Shown here: positions 52,625 through 62,317 of the stretch, piece by piece
How positions within the stretch are numbered: the stretch's first letter is position 1
Layout of the letters: every line of letters starts with the position of its first letter
Source: Pseudomonadota bacterium
Lineage (GTDB): Bacteria; Pseudomonadota; Gammaproteobacteria; Steroidobacterales; Steroidobacteraceae
Length of the DNA: 64,000 bases
Direction of reading: 5' to 3'
Assembly: GCA_025355245.1 (NCBI GenBank)
Contig: JANXZZ010000043.1
Coordinates: forward strand, 18,016 to 82,015
Notes under the pieces: model-generated
What the model was told of the DNA's origin: nothing
The model's database searches: none
What the model saw: only the letters and a program-made list of their open reading frames with translations
Made by a program: the position numbers and the translations under genes

Positions 52625-54733
52625 ATGAAAGCGTGCCCCCATTCGATTGGACTCTCGCTGGCCCTGCTGGTCGGCCTCACGCCGGCGGCGCGGGGAGACG
52701 TCGGACCCGTCGTCGTCACCGCCACCCGGCAACCGCAGGCGAGCGGCGATCTGCCGGTGTCGGTCGATCGCATCGACCGCGAGCAGATCGCGGTTGGCCA
52801 GTTACAGGTCAACCTCTCCGAGGCGCTCGACGAAGTACCCGGGGTGGTTGCGCAGAACCGGCAGAACTACGCGCAAGACCTGCAGCTGTCGGTGCGCGGC
52901 TTCGGGGCGCGCTCAAGCTTCGGCGTCCGCGGCGTGCGGCTCTATTCCGACGGAATTCCGGGCACCATGCCGGACGGCCAGGGACAGTTTTCGCAGTTCG
53001 ATCTGGGCTCCGCGGCCCGAATCGAGGTGCTGCGCGGCCCGTTTTCGGTCCTCTACGGGAATTCGTCCGGAGGCGTGGTTTCCCTCTTCACGCAGGATGG
53101 CGGGCCAGGGCAAACGCTCGAGGGAAGCGTGGCGGGCGGAAGCCTGGGACTCGAGCGCTACTCGCTGAAGGCCGGCGGTGACGTCGGCGCTGCCGACTAC
53201 ATCGTCGACGCCGCGCATTTCCAGCTCGACGGCTACCGTGACCACAGCTCCGCCGAGAGAAACAACCTCAATTCCAAGCTGCGCTTCGACCTCGGCGCGG
53301 GCGCCTCGCTGACGCTGGTCGCCAATGCGGTCGAAACGCCGTTCGTCCAGGACCCGCTTGGACTCACCCGGGCGCAGTGGCTGGCCGACCCCGAGCAGGC
53401 CGGTACGAATGCGTTCCTCTACAATACGCGCAAGGCCCTCGACCAGGAACAGCTGGGGGCGAGCTACTCGCGCCCGGTCGGCGGTGACGGCGAGATCGTC
53501 GCGACTGCGTACGGTGGCCATCGGCAGACCGTGCAGTTCCAGGCGATTCTCGCCTCCGGCGAGGCGCGAGCTACGCACCCGGGCGGCGTCATCGACCTAA
53601 GCCGCGGCTACGGCGGCATCGACGTGCACGCGACCGAACGCCTCGCCGTCGCCGGCGGCGAGTTCCGGTTCACGGCCGGAGCAAGCTACGACGATCTCGA
53701 CGAGGCACGGCGCGGTTTTCTAAATTTCGTCGGGGCGGAGCTCGGGGTGCAAGGCGCGCTGCGGCGGGATGAGGTCAATCGCGTCCACGATTTCGACCAA
53801 TACCTCGAGGTGCAGTGGCAGCCGCTACTGCGTTTGCGCGCCATCGCCGGCGTCAGAAACAGTGTCGTCGACGTGCGCTCCACGAACCAGTTGGCGTCAG
53901 CGGGCGTCTCGCCGTTGACGAGCGTCCGCTACGCGGCGACGAATCCGGTCGCGGGTGTCGTCTTCCGCGCCACCTCGAACCTGAACGCATACGCAGCCTA
54001 CGGCAAGGGATTCGAAACTCCGACGCTCAACGACCTATCGTACCGGTCGACGGACGGCAGCCTGCCCGGGCTCAATTTCGCCCTGAGGGCCGCGCGCAGC
54101 GACAACTTCGAAGCGGGTATCAAGGCGCAGGGGCAAGGAGTAGCGGCGACGCTGGCCGCGTTCTACGTTAAAACCCACGACGAGCTCGCCGTGGAAACGA
54201 ATTCCGGCGGGCGTTCCGTCTATCAGAATATCGATGGGACACAACGTACCGGAGCCGAACTCGCGCTCAGCCTGCACGGTCCAACTGCATGGTCGGCGCG
54301 CCTCGCCTATACGTATCTGCGGGCGGTCACGAGCACAGCGTACCTGACGTGCGTCGGTATACCGTGCGTGTCCGTGACGATCCCGGCGGGCAACCGGCTC
54401 CCCGCCGTGCCCGCAAGTTCACTGTTTACCGCGCTGACGTGGCAGCCGGCCCCTGACCGTCTGTCCGTGACGGCAGAACTCATCGGCCGTGCGCAGATTT
54501 ATTTCGATGACCGCAACAGCGACGCGGCGCCCGGGTACTGGGCCGCAAACCTGCACGCGACGCTCGAGCAGCGGCTCACGCGCTGGCGATTCGCGGAAAC
54601 CGCGCGTGTCGAGAACGTCACGGATAGACGCTACGCCGCGACCGTTATCGTTAACGAGAGCAACGCGCGCTTTCTTGAATCGGCGCCCAACCGTACGTTC
54701 TACGTCGGAATCACGGCGTCCTTCGGTCGTTGA
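52625..54733 (+). CDS. TonB-dependent outer-membrane receptor
   Basis: Part of ORF 52586..54733, ATG at 52625. Signal peptide MKACPHSIGLSLALLVGLTPAARG. Plug blocks VVVTATRQPQ, LSVRGFGARSSFGVRGVRLYSDGIP, IEVLRGPFSVLYGNSSGG. Beta-barrel C-terminus. Confidence 0.9.
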   Translation: MKACPHSIGLSLALLVGLTPAARGDVGPVVVTATRQPQASGDLPVSVDRIDREQIAVGQLQVNLSEALDEVPGVVAQNRQNYAQDLQLSVRGFGARSSFGVRGVRLYSDGIPGTMPDGQGQFSQFDLGSAARIEVLRGPFSVLYGNSSGGVVSLFTQDGGPGQTLEGSVAGGSLGLERYSLKAGGDVGAADYIVDAAHFQLDGYRDHSSAERNNLNSKLRFDLGAGASLTLVANAVETPFVQDPLGLTRAQWLADPEQAGTNAFLYNTRKALDQEQLGASYSRPVGGDGEIVATAYGGHRQTVQFQAILASGEARATHPGGVIDLSRGYGGIDVHATERLAVAGGEFRFTAGASYDDLDEARRGFLNFVGAELGVQGALRRDEVNRVHDFDQYLEVQWQPLLRLRAIAGVRNSVVDVRSTNQLASAGVSPLTSVRYAATNPVAGVVFRATSNLNAYAAYGKGFETPTLNDLSYRSTDGSLPGLNFALRAARSDNFEAGIKAQGQGVAATLAAFYVKTHDELAVETNSGGRSVYQNIDGTQRTGAELALSLHGPTAWSARLAYTYLRAVTSTAYLTCVGIPCVSVTIPAGNRLPAVPASSLFTALTWQPAPDRLSVTAELIGRAQIYFDDRNSDAAPGYWAANLHATLEQRLTRWRFAETARVENVTDRRYAATVIVNESNARFLESAPNRTFYVGITASFGR

Positions 54734-54752
54734 GCCGAACCCGCCACCGCGG

Positions 54753-56279
54753 CTACGGACGAATCACGGCCGTCTGTTTCGTCAGCGTGACCTTAAGTTT
54801 GGGTAGTCCCAGTCGCGCCGTTTGATCGACGATCTGCTTGACGATGTTCGCCGCCGCCGCATCATCGGTCACGAGCCGCGGGACGCCGCTCCTCAGCAGG
54901 CGGTCACCGTAGCCTTGCTCGATGGGGTGCAGCACGATTCGTGCGAGCTGGTTGTGCTCGAAACGGCATTCGGCGATGACGCTCTCGAAAGTGAACGCAT
55001 GCGCGAACGCAGCCTTATTGAGCGGCGCGGTGAGGTCGTAGTCCGTCGCCTTGGCAGGATCGACCCAGGCTTCTGCCAGCAACGAGCGGTTGGACTGGAA
55101 GAGGTCATGTGACAGGAGTTCCTGGACGTCGCTCCAGAAAAAATTGCCGAGGCCGTAGAAGATGGGCCGGTAGCCCCGCGTCGGCGAATTGTAGATCTCC
55201 ATCGGGCCCAGGTTGTGATTGCCGGTCGCTACGAACATGTCTGCGCCCGCGTCCACCGCCCCGTGGGCGAGCTCCTTGAGGAAGCGCGCCGCGCCGCGCG
55301 GCGCATTGTCATCGTCGCAGCCAGTCGAGCATTCGTGCGAGTGGATCGAGACGATGACGAAGTCGGCATTCTGGCGGGCGGCCCGGATGCTCTGGTAGAT
55401 CTCGGCGAGGTCCTCGGGATCCATCACGTGTTCGTACGAGAACGCATCGGCGAGGCGGTATTTATTGTCGAAGAGCGAAAGACCCGCAGGCAACTCGTTG
55501 CAGGTCCTTCCATACAGCGTGCAATTTGCGTCGGCGAGCGACTGCATTGCCGCGGGCGGCACGGCGACGGTCATCGTCAGGTGCAGGGCGTTGAGGCCCG
55601 GACGGCCGGGCGCGGCGCCGTGCGCGGGCAACGCATCCGTGGTTGGGCGAAAAGTGGAGGCGAGCGAGATCAAGGCTACGCGGCCGCTCGCGGTCTCGAT
55701 GTAGCGCGGCGCGCGCGCGAGGCCGCGAGATTCACCAACCCCGGAATGCGCAATTCCCGCATCGTCAAGCCAGCGGCTCGTTTCGCGCATTCCCTCTGGC
55801 CCCCAGTCGAATGCGTGATTGTTGGCGCGCGAGACGATTGAGAAGCCCATCGCGCGCAGGTCGCGGGCGACGCCCGGAAGCGCGGCGTTGGTCCAGTCGC
55901 CGTCCCACGAATAAGGCGATCCCTTGAACTCGCGGACGTCGAAGATCGCGGTCTCCATGTTCCCGTAAAGGACGTTGAACGGCTTCAGCACTTCGAGCAG
56001 CGCCTTGAACGCTGGCATGGTCGTCGCGTACTGCGACAGCGGCCGCGATATGATCAGATCGCCCACGGCCCCGATCGAAAAGCCATCCGGGACGTTTGTC
56101 CGCAGCTCCTGCGCGACGGGCCGCTTCGGGTCGAACCTGCTTGCATCCCGGACCACGGGGTCGCTGCTGGAGATGCTGTCGCCGGCGCCGGCAGCGGGCC
56201 CGAGCCAGACGAGCGGAATGAGCGTGACTGCGACCAGGACCAGCTTACGGCTCACTGCGGCTCCGTTAACGCGAGGCAC
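54753..56279 (-). CDS. CapA (PGA_cap) family metallophosphoesterase-fold protein, exported
   Basis: ORF 54753..56279. Signal-like KLVLVAVTLIPLVWLGPAAGA. Blocks IGAVGDLII, GNMETA, SRANNHAFDWG, VSIHSHE, ATGNHNLGP. Confidence 0.8.
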   Translation of the reverse strand: MPRVNGAAVSRKLVLVAVTLIPLVWLGPAAGAGDSISSSDPVVRDASRFDPKRPVAQELRTNVPDGFSIGAVGDLIISRPLSQYATTMPAFKALLEVLKPFNVLYGNMETAIFDVREFKGSPYSWDGDWTNAALPGVARDLRAMGFSIVSRANNHAFDWGPEGMRETSRWLDDAGIAHSGVGESRGLARAPRYIETASGRVALISLASTFRPTTDALPAHGAAPGRPGLNALHLTMTVAVPPAAMQSLADANCTLYGRTCNELPAGLSLFDNKYRLADAFSYEHVMDPEDLAEIYQSIRAARQNADFVIVSIHSHECSTGCDDDNAPRGAARFLKELAHGAVDAGADMFVATGNHNLGPMEIYNSPTRGYRPIFYGLGNFFWSDVQELLSHDLFQSNRSLLAEAWVDPAKATDYDLTAPLNKAAFAHAFTFESVIAECRFEHNQLARIVLHPIEQGYGDRLLRSGVPRLVTDDAAAANIVKQIVDQTARLGLPKLKVTLTKQTAVIRP

Positions 56280-56319
56280 CCGTTCGAGTCGAGCGCCTCG
56301 ATGTCACCCCGAAAGAAGC

Positions 56320-57183
56320 TCAGGCGTGTGCAAAGCGCCAGTAGAGTTCGCGCGCGCGGCTGTACAGTGGGCCAGGCTCGAGGGCGCGGCCTTCGATGCG
56401 GGTAACGGGCGCGACTTTCGCGAAATTTCCGCAACTCCAGATCTCGTCGGCTTCCTGGAAGAACTCGTAGCGAAGGACGCTTTCTTCGACGCGCACGCCC
56501 GCACCGCGCAGGAGGCCGACCACGCGCTGGCGCGTGATGCCGTTGAGAAAGGTGCCGTTCGGCATCGGCGTGTACACGATGCCGTTCCTGGCCATGAAGA
56601 TATTCGCGGAGGCGAGCTCCGCCACGTTGCCGAGCAGGTCGCGAAGCACGCAGTTGTCGAAACCACGTCTTGCGGCCTCGGTCATCGCACGCGCGTTGTT
56701 GGGATAGAGACAGCCGGCCTTCGCGTCGACCGGCATCGTTTCGAGCGACGGCCGCCGGTACGGCGAGAGCGTGATCGATGTGTTGCCGGGCGCGGGCATC
56801 GGCGCCTCGTACATCGTCAGGCACCAGCGGGTGGACAGGGGGTCGGCCGGCAACGCGAGCGCATTGCCGCTCTCGGCCCAGTACATCGGCCGGATGTAGA
56901 GCTCCGGCTTCGGGCCGAAGCGCTTGAGGCCTTCGCGCACCAGTTCCAGCCAACGGGCGACGGGTACCGAGGCTTCGAGACCGAACTTGCGCGCCGAGTC
57001 GTTGATCCGCTCGCAATGCCGGTCGAGGTCGGGAGTCACGCCCTCGAAGGCGCGCGCTCCGTCGAACACGGACGAGCCGAGCCAGACCGCGTGGGTGCGT
57101 GGACCGAACAGCGGCACGTTCCCGTCATGCCATTCGCCGGCGTAAAAAGTCCAGGTCGGCGAGGGCGTGCTCGGGTGAGTCAT
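56320..57183 (-). CDS. Class IV aminotransferase (branched-chain amino acid aminotransferase type)
   Basis: Distal part of ORF 56320..57225, ATG at 57183. TWTFYAGEWHDGNVPLFGPRTHAVWLGSSVFDGARAFEG. Confidence 0.85.
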   Translation of the reverse strand: MTHPSTPSPTWTFYAGEWHDGNVPLFGPRTHAVWLGSSVFDGARAFEGVTPDLDRHCERINDSARKFGLEASVPVARWLELVREGLKRFGPKPELYIRPMYWAESGNALALPADPLSTRWCLTMYEAPMPAPGNTSITLSPYRRPSLETMPVDAKAGCLYPNNARAMTEAARRGFDNCVLRDLLGNVAELASANIFMARNGIVYTPMPNGTFLNGITRQRVVGLLRGAGVRVEESVLRYEFFQEADEIWSCGNFAKVAPVTRIEGRALEPGPLYSRARELYWRFAHA

Positions 57184-57291
57184 AGTGTCCACACGGTGGC
57201 GAAGTTGTCGACTGGTCGCCGCCAATTCTAGCGCAAGCGCGTCCAGCAGCGGGGCAGCCCAAGCTTAGTCGCGGCGACTCGCGCGGTGCGA

Positions 57292-58920
57292 TCAGCCGCG
57301 GAGAATTTCAGGATACTGGCGGCGCCAGAACGCGCAGTGATGGGCGGCGCCCGCGTCGAACGGGCGCACCTTGCCAGGCTCGAAGCGCATCACGGCGCCG
57401 GCCGACGTGAAGCGGCCCCAGGCAGGCAGCCCGGCCGCGCCCGGGCGGCCGCTGCGGGCGAAACCACTCCAGTAGCCGGCCATCTGGTCGGCCAGGCGCT
57501 GGGCCGGTGGCGCAAGATCGGGACCGTCGACGCGATAGGTGTGAGAAATGTGCGGGAACTGGTAGGGAAGCTCGGCCGCGTGCACCGCGCCGAGCTCGAA
57601 ACCCGGGTCCGGCATCTCGGGTGGCGCGTCCCGGTCCGCAAATTCGTATTCGTAGACGGGCACGAAGTGTGCCGCCAGCCGGCCGCTTTCCAGGAACAGG
57701 CAGTTGCTGAGTCCGCCGCCGGGCATGAAGTCGGACATCGCGGTGCCGAGTGCCGCCGGTGCGGAGGAATAGGACGCCGCAGGATATGCGGCGAGCACGG
57801 CGGGTGCCGCGTCGCCGTAGATCGCTCGGAGCTTGGCTGCGTAGTTGTCCGGTGTCACCGCGCGGCCCGCTGCGACGTCATAGCCGACGTAGAGGCGCAT
57901 TTCGTCGCGATTGCCACCGTTGAGAAGCGGTACGTGGACGAATTTCCCGGAGGCGAGGGCATCCGCGCCTTGCATCGGTAACGTGTCGTTCCCGACGCTC
58001 GGCGCGAATGCCAGAAGCTCGCCGGCGCCGACCGAAGTCGCCGCCTCCAGCAGGTCCTTGACCGGCTTCGCACGCAGGCAGACAAGCGCCGTCGCGGGAT
58101 CGTCGCATCCGACGAGCGCAGCGACCTTGCGACCGACTTCGCTCGCGTCCGCGACGCTTCGCAGGTGTACCGCACACGCCGCGCTCTGTACGACCGCCTT
58201 CTCGAAGAGACCAGTGGCCTCGCGAGGCGCGAACAGGTGCATGCAGACGCTTGCCGCGCCGGCCGACTCGCCGGCCACGGTCACGTTCCCGGCGTCGCCG
58301 CCGAAGGCGCCGATGTTCCGCTTGACCCAGCGCAGGGCCGCTCGCTGGTCCTCGAGTGCATAGCCACCGTTGTGAGCCGGGGCGAAAGCCGGATGGGGCA
58401 TGAAGCCGAACACGCCGAGGCGGTAGTTGATCGAGACGACGACGAGGTCGCCGTGCCGCGCGAGGTAATCGAGAGGGTAGAGATTGCTGGAACCGCCGAT
58501 AAAAGCGCCGCCGTGAATCCACACCAGCACCGGATGCTTCGTTGCCGGCCCCGCGGTGCTCGGTACCGTCACGTTGAGGTACAGGCAGTCCTCGTCATCG
58601 CTTGCATCGGTGAGCCCGTATCGAGACGGCTGCGGGCAGGCGCTGCGGTATTGGGTCGCGTCCCGCACGCCGGACCAGGGGCGGGCCGCGACCGGCAACT
58701 CCCAGCGCAGCACTCCGAGCGGCGGCGCGGCATAGGGGATGCCCTTAAACTCACGGACTCCGGTGCCTTCGCGTCCGCGGACTGCGCCGTTGTCGACGGT
58801 GACGACCAACGGGTCGACGACCGGCGTCGCCACCGCCCCGACGGCGTCCAGCGATAGCGATAGCAGCAAGGCGAAGCCGCCCAGCGCCGCGCCGCGGACC
58901 ACGAGACTCCCAATATTCAA
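57292..58920 (-). CDS. Type-B carboxylesterase/lipase family protein, exported
   Basis: ORF 57292..58920. Signal-like N-terminus. FKGIPYAAPPLGVLRWELP, nucleophile GESAGAAS. Confidence 0.9.
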   Translation of the reverse strand: MNIGSLVVRGAALGGFALLLSLSLDAVGAVATPVVDPLVVTVDNGAVRGREGTGVREFKGIPYAAPPLGVLRWELPVAARPWSGVRDATQYRSACPQPSRYGLTDASDDEDCLYLNVTVPSTAGPATKHPVLVWIHGGAFIGGSSNLYPLDYLARHGDLVVVSINYRLGVFGFMPHPAFAPAHNGGYALEDQRAALRWVKRNIGAFGGDAGNVTVAGESAGAASVCMHLFAPREATGLFEKAVVQSAACAVHLRSVADASEVGRKVAALVGCDDPATALVCLRAKPVKDLLEAATSVGAGELLAFAPSVGNDTLPMQGADALASGKFVHVPLLNGGNRDEMRLYVGYDVAAGRAVTPDNYAAKLRAIYGDAAPAVLAAYPAASYSSAPAALGTAMSDFMPGGGLSNCLFLESGRLAAHFVPVYEYEFADRDAPPEMPDPGFELGAVHAAELPYQFPHISHTYRVDGPDLAPPAQRLADQMAGYWSGFARSGRPGAAGLPAWGRFTSAGAVMRFEPGKVRPFDAGAAHHCAFWRRQYPEILRG

Positions 58921-58965
58921 TGCCGCCTCCTCACCTGACCACCACCGATCTCAATGGTCCTCGCA

Positions 58966-60168
58966 TCAGTCGCCTCGGGGAGTCGGCTGTGCCTTGTAGA
59001 TCTTTCCGCCCTTCATGACGAACACGACATGACGAACCGCGGTGATGTCCTTGAGCGGATCGCCCTCGATCGCAACGAGATCGGCCTCGAAACCGGGCGC
59101 AACCGTGCCGATTCGGTCGCCGAGGCCTAGCGACGCGGCGGCCGTCGATGCACCGCTCGTGAGGGCGTCCATTGCTGTCTCGCCGCCGTCCTTCACCCGG
59201 TAGATGAATTCCTCGGCATTGCGTCCGTGGGCGCCGGCAACCGCGTCGGTGCCAAGCACGATGCCTACCCCCGCGGCGCGCGCGCGCTTGAGCACGGCGG
59301 CCGTGGTCGGCAGCGCCTGCTCGAGCGTCGCAACGGTCGACGCCGGAAAATTGAATCGCGACAGCTGTTCCAGGTAATTGTGCAGAACCAGGAAATTGGG
59401 GTCGAAGTAGGTCCCGCGTTCCCTCATCAGGCGCAGCGACTCATCGCTCACGAAGGTGCCGTGCTCGATCGACGTGCAACCCGCCAGTACGGCGGCATGG
59501 ATACCGGAATCGCCGATCGCGTGCACGAGCGTTCGCAGCCCGACGGCCTTGGCCTCACCGCAGGTGGCCTCTATCTGAGCATCGCTCATGGTCTGGGCGC
59601 CACCGGCGCCAAGACCCGAGGTCGCAAACAGCTTGATCAGGTCGGCACCGTCGGCCTTGAGCTTGCGAACCAGCGCGCGCAGCGATTCCGGGTCGCCCGA
59701 ATCCTTGGTGATGGGCGTCAGCGACGTCAGCACACGGGGACCCGGCAGGCTGCCTTTCGCGATGCGGTCTCTGACGCCGGCGTCCACGTCGGAGCCGACG
59801 CTCTGGACCGTCGTGAATCCGCCTTGCAGCGAAAGCCGGGCATTCTCCGCGTCGTAGAGCGCGGCCTCCTCCGGGGGCTCGCCGTCGCGCTTCGCGAGCG
59901 TCCCGTCCTTGCCAAAGTGCCACTCGAGATGGACGTGGGTATCGATCCATCCGGGCATCACCGTGTAGCGACTGAGATCGACGGTGGCCTTGCGATGGCG
60001 GCTGCCGATGCTCGCGATCCGACCGTCCTCGATCGTGATCTGCTGGTCGTGGCTGACGCCGCCCCTACCGTCGAGCAGGAGCCCGGCGTTGATGATGGTG
60101 GTCTCGGCGAGCGCCGGAGCCCCGGCCAGCGCTAAGAGCATGAACCCCGTCGTCAGGGCGACGGCCAT
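58966..60168 (-). CDS. Amidohydrolase family protein (prolidase/imidazolonepropionase-like), exported
   Basis: Distal part of ORF 58966..60255, ATG at 60168. Signal peptide MAVALTTGFMLLALAGAPALA. GWIDTHVHL and VHAIGD. Confidence 0.85.
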   Translation of the reverse strand: MAVALTTGFMLLALAGAPALAETTIINAGLLLDGRGGVSHDQQITIEDGRIASIGSRHRKATVDLSRYTVMPGWIDTHVHLEWHFGKDGTLAKRDGEPPEEAALYDAENARLSLQGGFTTVQSVGSDVDAGVRDRIAKGSLPGPRVLTSLTPITKDSGDPESLRALVRKLKADGADLIKLFATSGLGAGGAQTMSDAQIEATCGEAKAVGLRTLVHAIGDSGIHAAVLAGCTSIEHGTFVSDESLRLMRERGTYFDPNFLVLHNYLEQLSRFNFPASTVATLEQALPTTAAVLKRARAAGVGIVLGTDAVAGAHGRNAEEFIYRVKDGGETAMDALTSGASTAAASLGLGDRIGTVAPGFEADLVAIEGDPLKDITAVRHVVFVMKGGKIYKAQPTPRGD

Positions 60169-60229
60169 CGAACCACCGGGCGGGCATGCCGCACGCGGGT
60201 CCCCGCCGCCGTTGCCGTCGGAAGCCCGT

Positions 60230-60733
60230 TCAACGACTATCGGCGGCCGCGGCACGTACGGGCGTCTTGATGGTGACGTAGAGACACGACTCGCCCGCGC
60301 GCAACGATACCTTGTGGGGGAGCCCGGCCGGGATCAGCAGTACGTCTCCCGCGCCGAGTTCGAAATTTTGCCCGCCGGCGATCTCGCCGCCACGCCACTC
60401 CGTCGGCCGAATTTCATGGTTGTCCTTCACCTCACCGCCCACTGTCACGGTCGCGTGGCCGCTTTCGACGACGAAGATGTCGTTGATGAGCGTGTGGACC
60501 TCCACCTCGCCGCTCTTGTCGCGTCGAATGATGAGCGTCGTCGCGCTCGGGTCCGTCGCTACCTGATGCAGCGCAACACCGTTCTCGGTCAGCTTGACGT
60601 AGCCGGCGAGTTGCGCGGCCGAAACGTACAACGCCAGCCTTCTGGGCTCCTCTGCCGCCGACGTGCCTGCCGCTCCCAGCGCCACGAGAACAGTCGCGAC
60701 GGCAAAAACGTGCGGACGCAACGAAGTGCTCAT
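60230..60733 (-). CDS. Exported cupin-domain protein
   Basis: ORF 60230..60733. Signal peptide MSTSLRPHVFAVATVLVALGAAGTSAA. Cupin blocks EVEVHTLINDIFVVESGHATV and GDVLLIPAGLPHKV. Confidence 0.65.
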   Translation of the reverse strand: MSTSLRPHVFAVATVLVALGAAGTSAAEEPRRLALYVSAAQLAGYVKLTENGVALHQVATDPSATTLIIRRDKSGEVEVHTLINDIFVVESGHATVTVGGEVKDNHEIRPTEWRGGEIAGGQNFELGAGDVLLIPAGLPHKVSLRAGESCLYVTIKTPVRAAAADSR

Positions 60734-60818
60734 GATCGATACTCCTTTCAGATTGATCCGAGTCGTTCGGGAAAGGATGAGGTGCGGCGCGGCCCGGCTG
60801 CGATCCAGCTATTCCGCA

Positions 60819-62147
60819 TCATTCGCCCAGAACGTTGAGGACCGCGAGGCTCATGGCCTCTACGCCGAGCCGGATCGAGGGCTCCGGTACCGGCGCGAAA
60901 TACGGTGAGTGATTGACGGCGACGGGAGTGTTCGTCGCCCGCGCCCTTGCCAGAGCCGCAGGGTCGAGTCCGCCAATCGTGAAAAAGGTCGACGGAACAC
61001 CGGCGATGATGAACTCGGAGAAGTCATCGCTCGCCGCACCGGGAGCCGGCTCGGCCTCCGCGCGATCGCCGAAGGCGACCTTGAATACCGCGGCGGTGCG
61101 GGCCGTGAGCGCGGAATCGTTGACGACGGCCGTCGCGCCCGCCTTGATAACGACGTCGGGCGGTGGTGCATCCGCCATAGCGGCTACCGCCCTCGCGGTG
61201 CGCTCGATGCCGGCCGCCAGCTTCGCCCGCACCGTCGCGTCGTAGCTACGAATCGTGCCGCGCAGGCGCGCCACGTCGGGGATCACGTTGCCGGCGTTGC
61301 CGGCTTCGAGGGCGCCGATCGAGATGACTCCGAACGCGGCCGGGTCCTTCTCGCGACTGACGACCGACTGCACGTCGACGATGAAACGCGCGGCCTCGAG
61401 CACCGGATCGATGGTGAGATTCGGCATCGAGCCGTGACCGCCGCGGCCGTGGAACACCACCTCGAGCGAGTCGGAGTTGGAGCTGAACGCACCGGCGCGA
61501 TAGCGCACCCGATCGTCCGGTTCCGGCCCGACGTGCAACGCGAAACCGAAATCCGGCCTGGGGAAGCGCGTGAATAGACCGTCTTTGAGCATCGCGCTGG
61601 CGCCGGAGACGATCTCCTCCGCGGGTTGGCCAATGAACATCAGCGTGCCGTGCCAGCGACTCTTCATGTCAACGAGCGTCTTGGCGACGCCGACCCAGAC
61701 GGCCATGTGGAGGTCGTGACCGCAGCTGTGGGCGACGAAGGTCTGATGGCCGTTGGCGGTTTGCTTGTCGGTGCTCGCGTAGGGGAGTCCCGTCAGCTCC
61801 TGCATTGGCAGGGCGTCGAGCTCGGTGCGGACGAGAACCGTGGGGCCCACGCCGTTGTGATAGATGGCGACGATGCCCGTCTTGCCCACTTCCTCCGTGA
61901 CCGTGAATCCGAGCGCGCGCATTTCCTTCGAAAGACGCGCCGCTGTCGCTGTCTCCTGGAAAGCGATCTCCGGGTGCCGGTGGATATCCTTGTAAAGACC
62001 GTCGAGGTGCGGATAGCCCGAGTCGAGTTCGCGGTCGATCGCCGCCTTGGTCGCGCCGACATCGAGCGCGGTCGCAGCGCCCGATGCCCAAAAGCCCATC
62101 AGCACGCCGGCGAGCGCGACCGGGACACCAGACAAAGTCCAGCGCAT
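60819..62147 (-). CDS. M20/M20D family amidohydrolase (aminoacylase/hippurate hydrolase-like), exported
   Basis: Distal part of ORF 60819..62276, ATG at 62147. Signal peptide MRWTLSGVPVALAGVLMGFWASGAA. IHRHPEIAFQE, AHSCGHDLH, GQPAEE. Confidence 0.85.
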   Translation of the reverse strand: MRWTLSGVPVALAGVLMGFWASGAATALDVGATKAAIDRELDSGYPHLDGLYKDIHRHPEIAFQETATAARLSKEMRALGFTVTEEVGKTGIVAIYHNGVGPTVLVRTELDALPMQELTGLPYASTDKQTANGHQTFVAHSCGHDLHMAVWVGVAKTLVDMKSRWHGTLMFIGQPAEEIVSGASAMLKDGLFTRFPRPDFGFALHVGPEPDDRVRYRAGAFSSNSDSLEVVFHGRGGHGSMPNLTIDPVLEAARFIVDVQSVVSREKDPAAFGVISIGALEAGNAGNVIPDVARLRGTIRSYDATVRAKLAAGIERTARAVAAMADAPPPDVVIKAGATAVVNDSALTARTAAVFKVAFGDRAEAEPAPGAASDDFSEFIIAGVPSTFFTIGGLDPAALARARATNTPVAVNHSPYFAPVPEPSIRLGVEAMSLAVLNVLGE

Positions 62148-62317
62148 CACGACTCCTGCGGTTGAGGTCGCTGGCAACTTTAGCCCAGAACGCCAACCTC
62201 GGGTTGCGCTCCTCGGTGTGCCCGCGGCGGCCCGGATCTGACCCGGAGTCGCCTCTCGCCAAATGCCGCGACGCAACGTACTGTCGGACGTCGGGCGGGA
62301 CCAGCGGGAGCTGCGAT

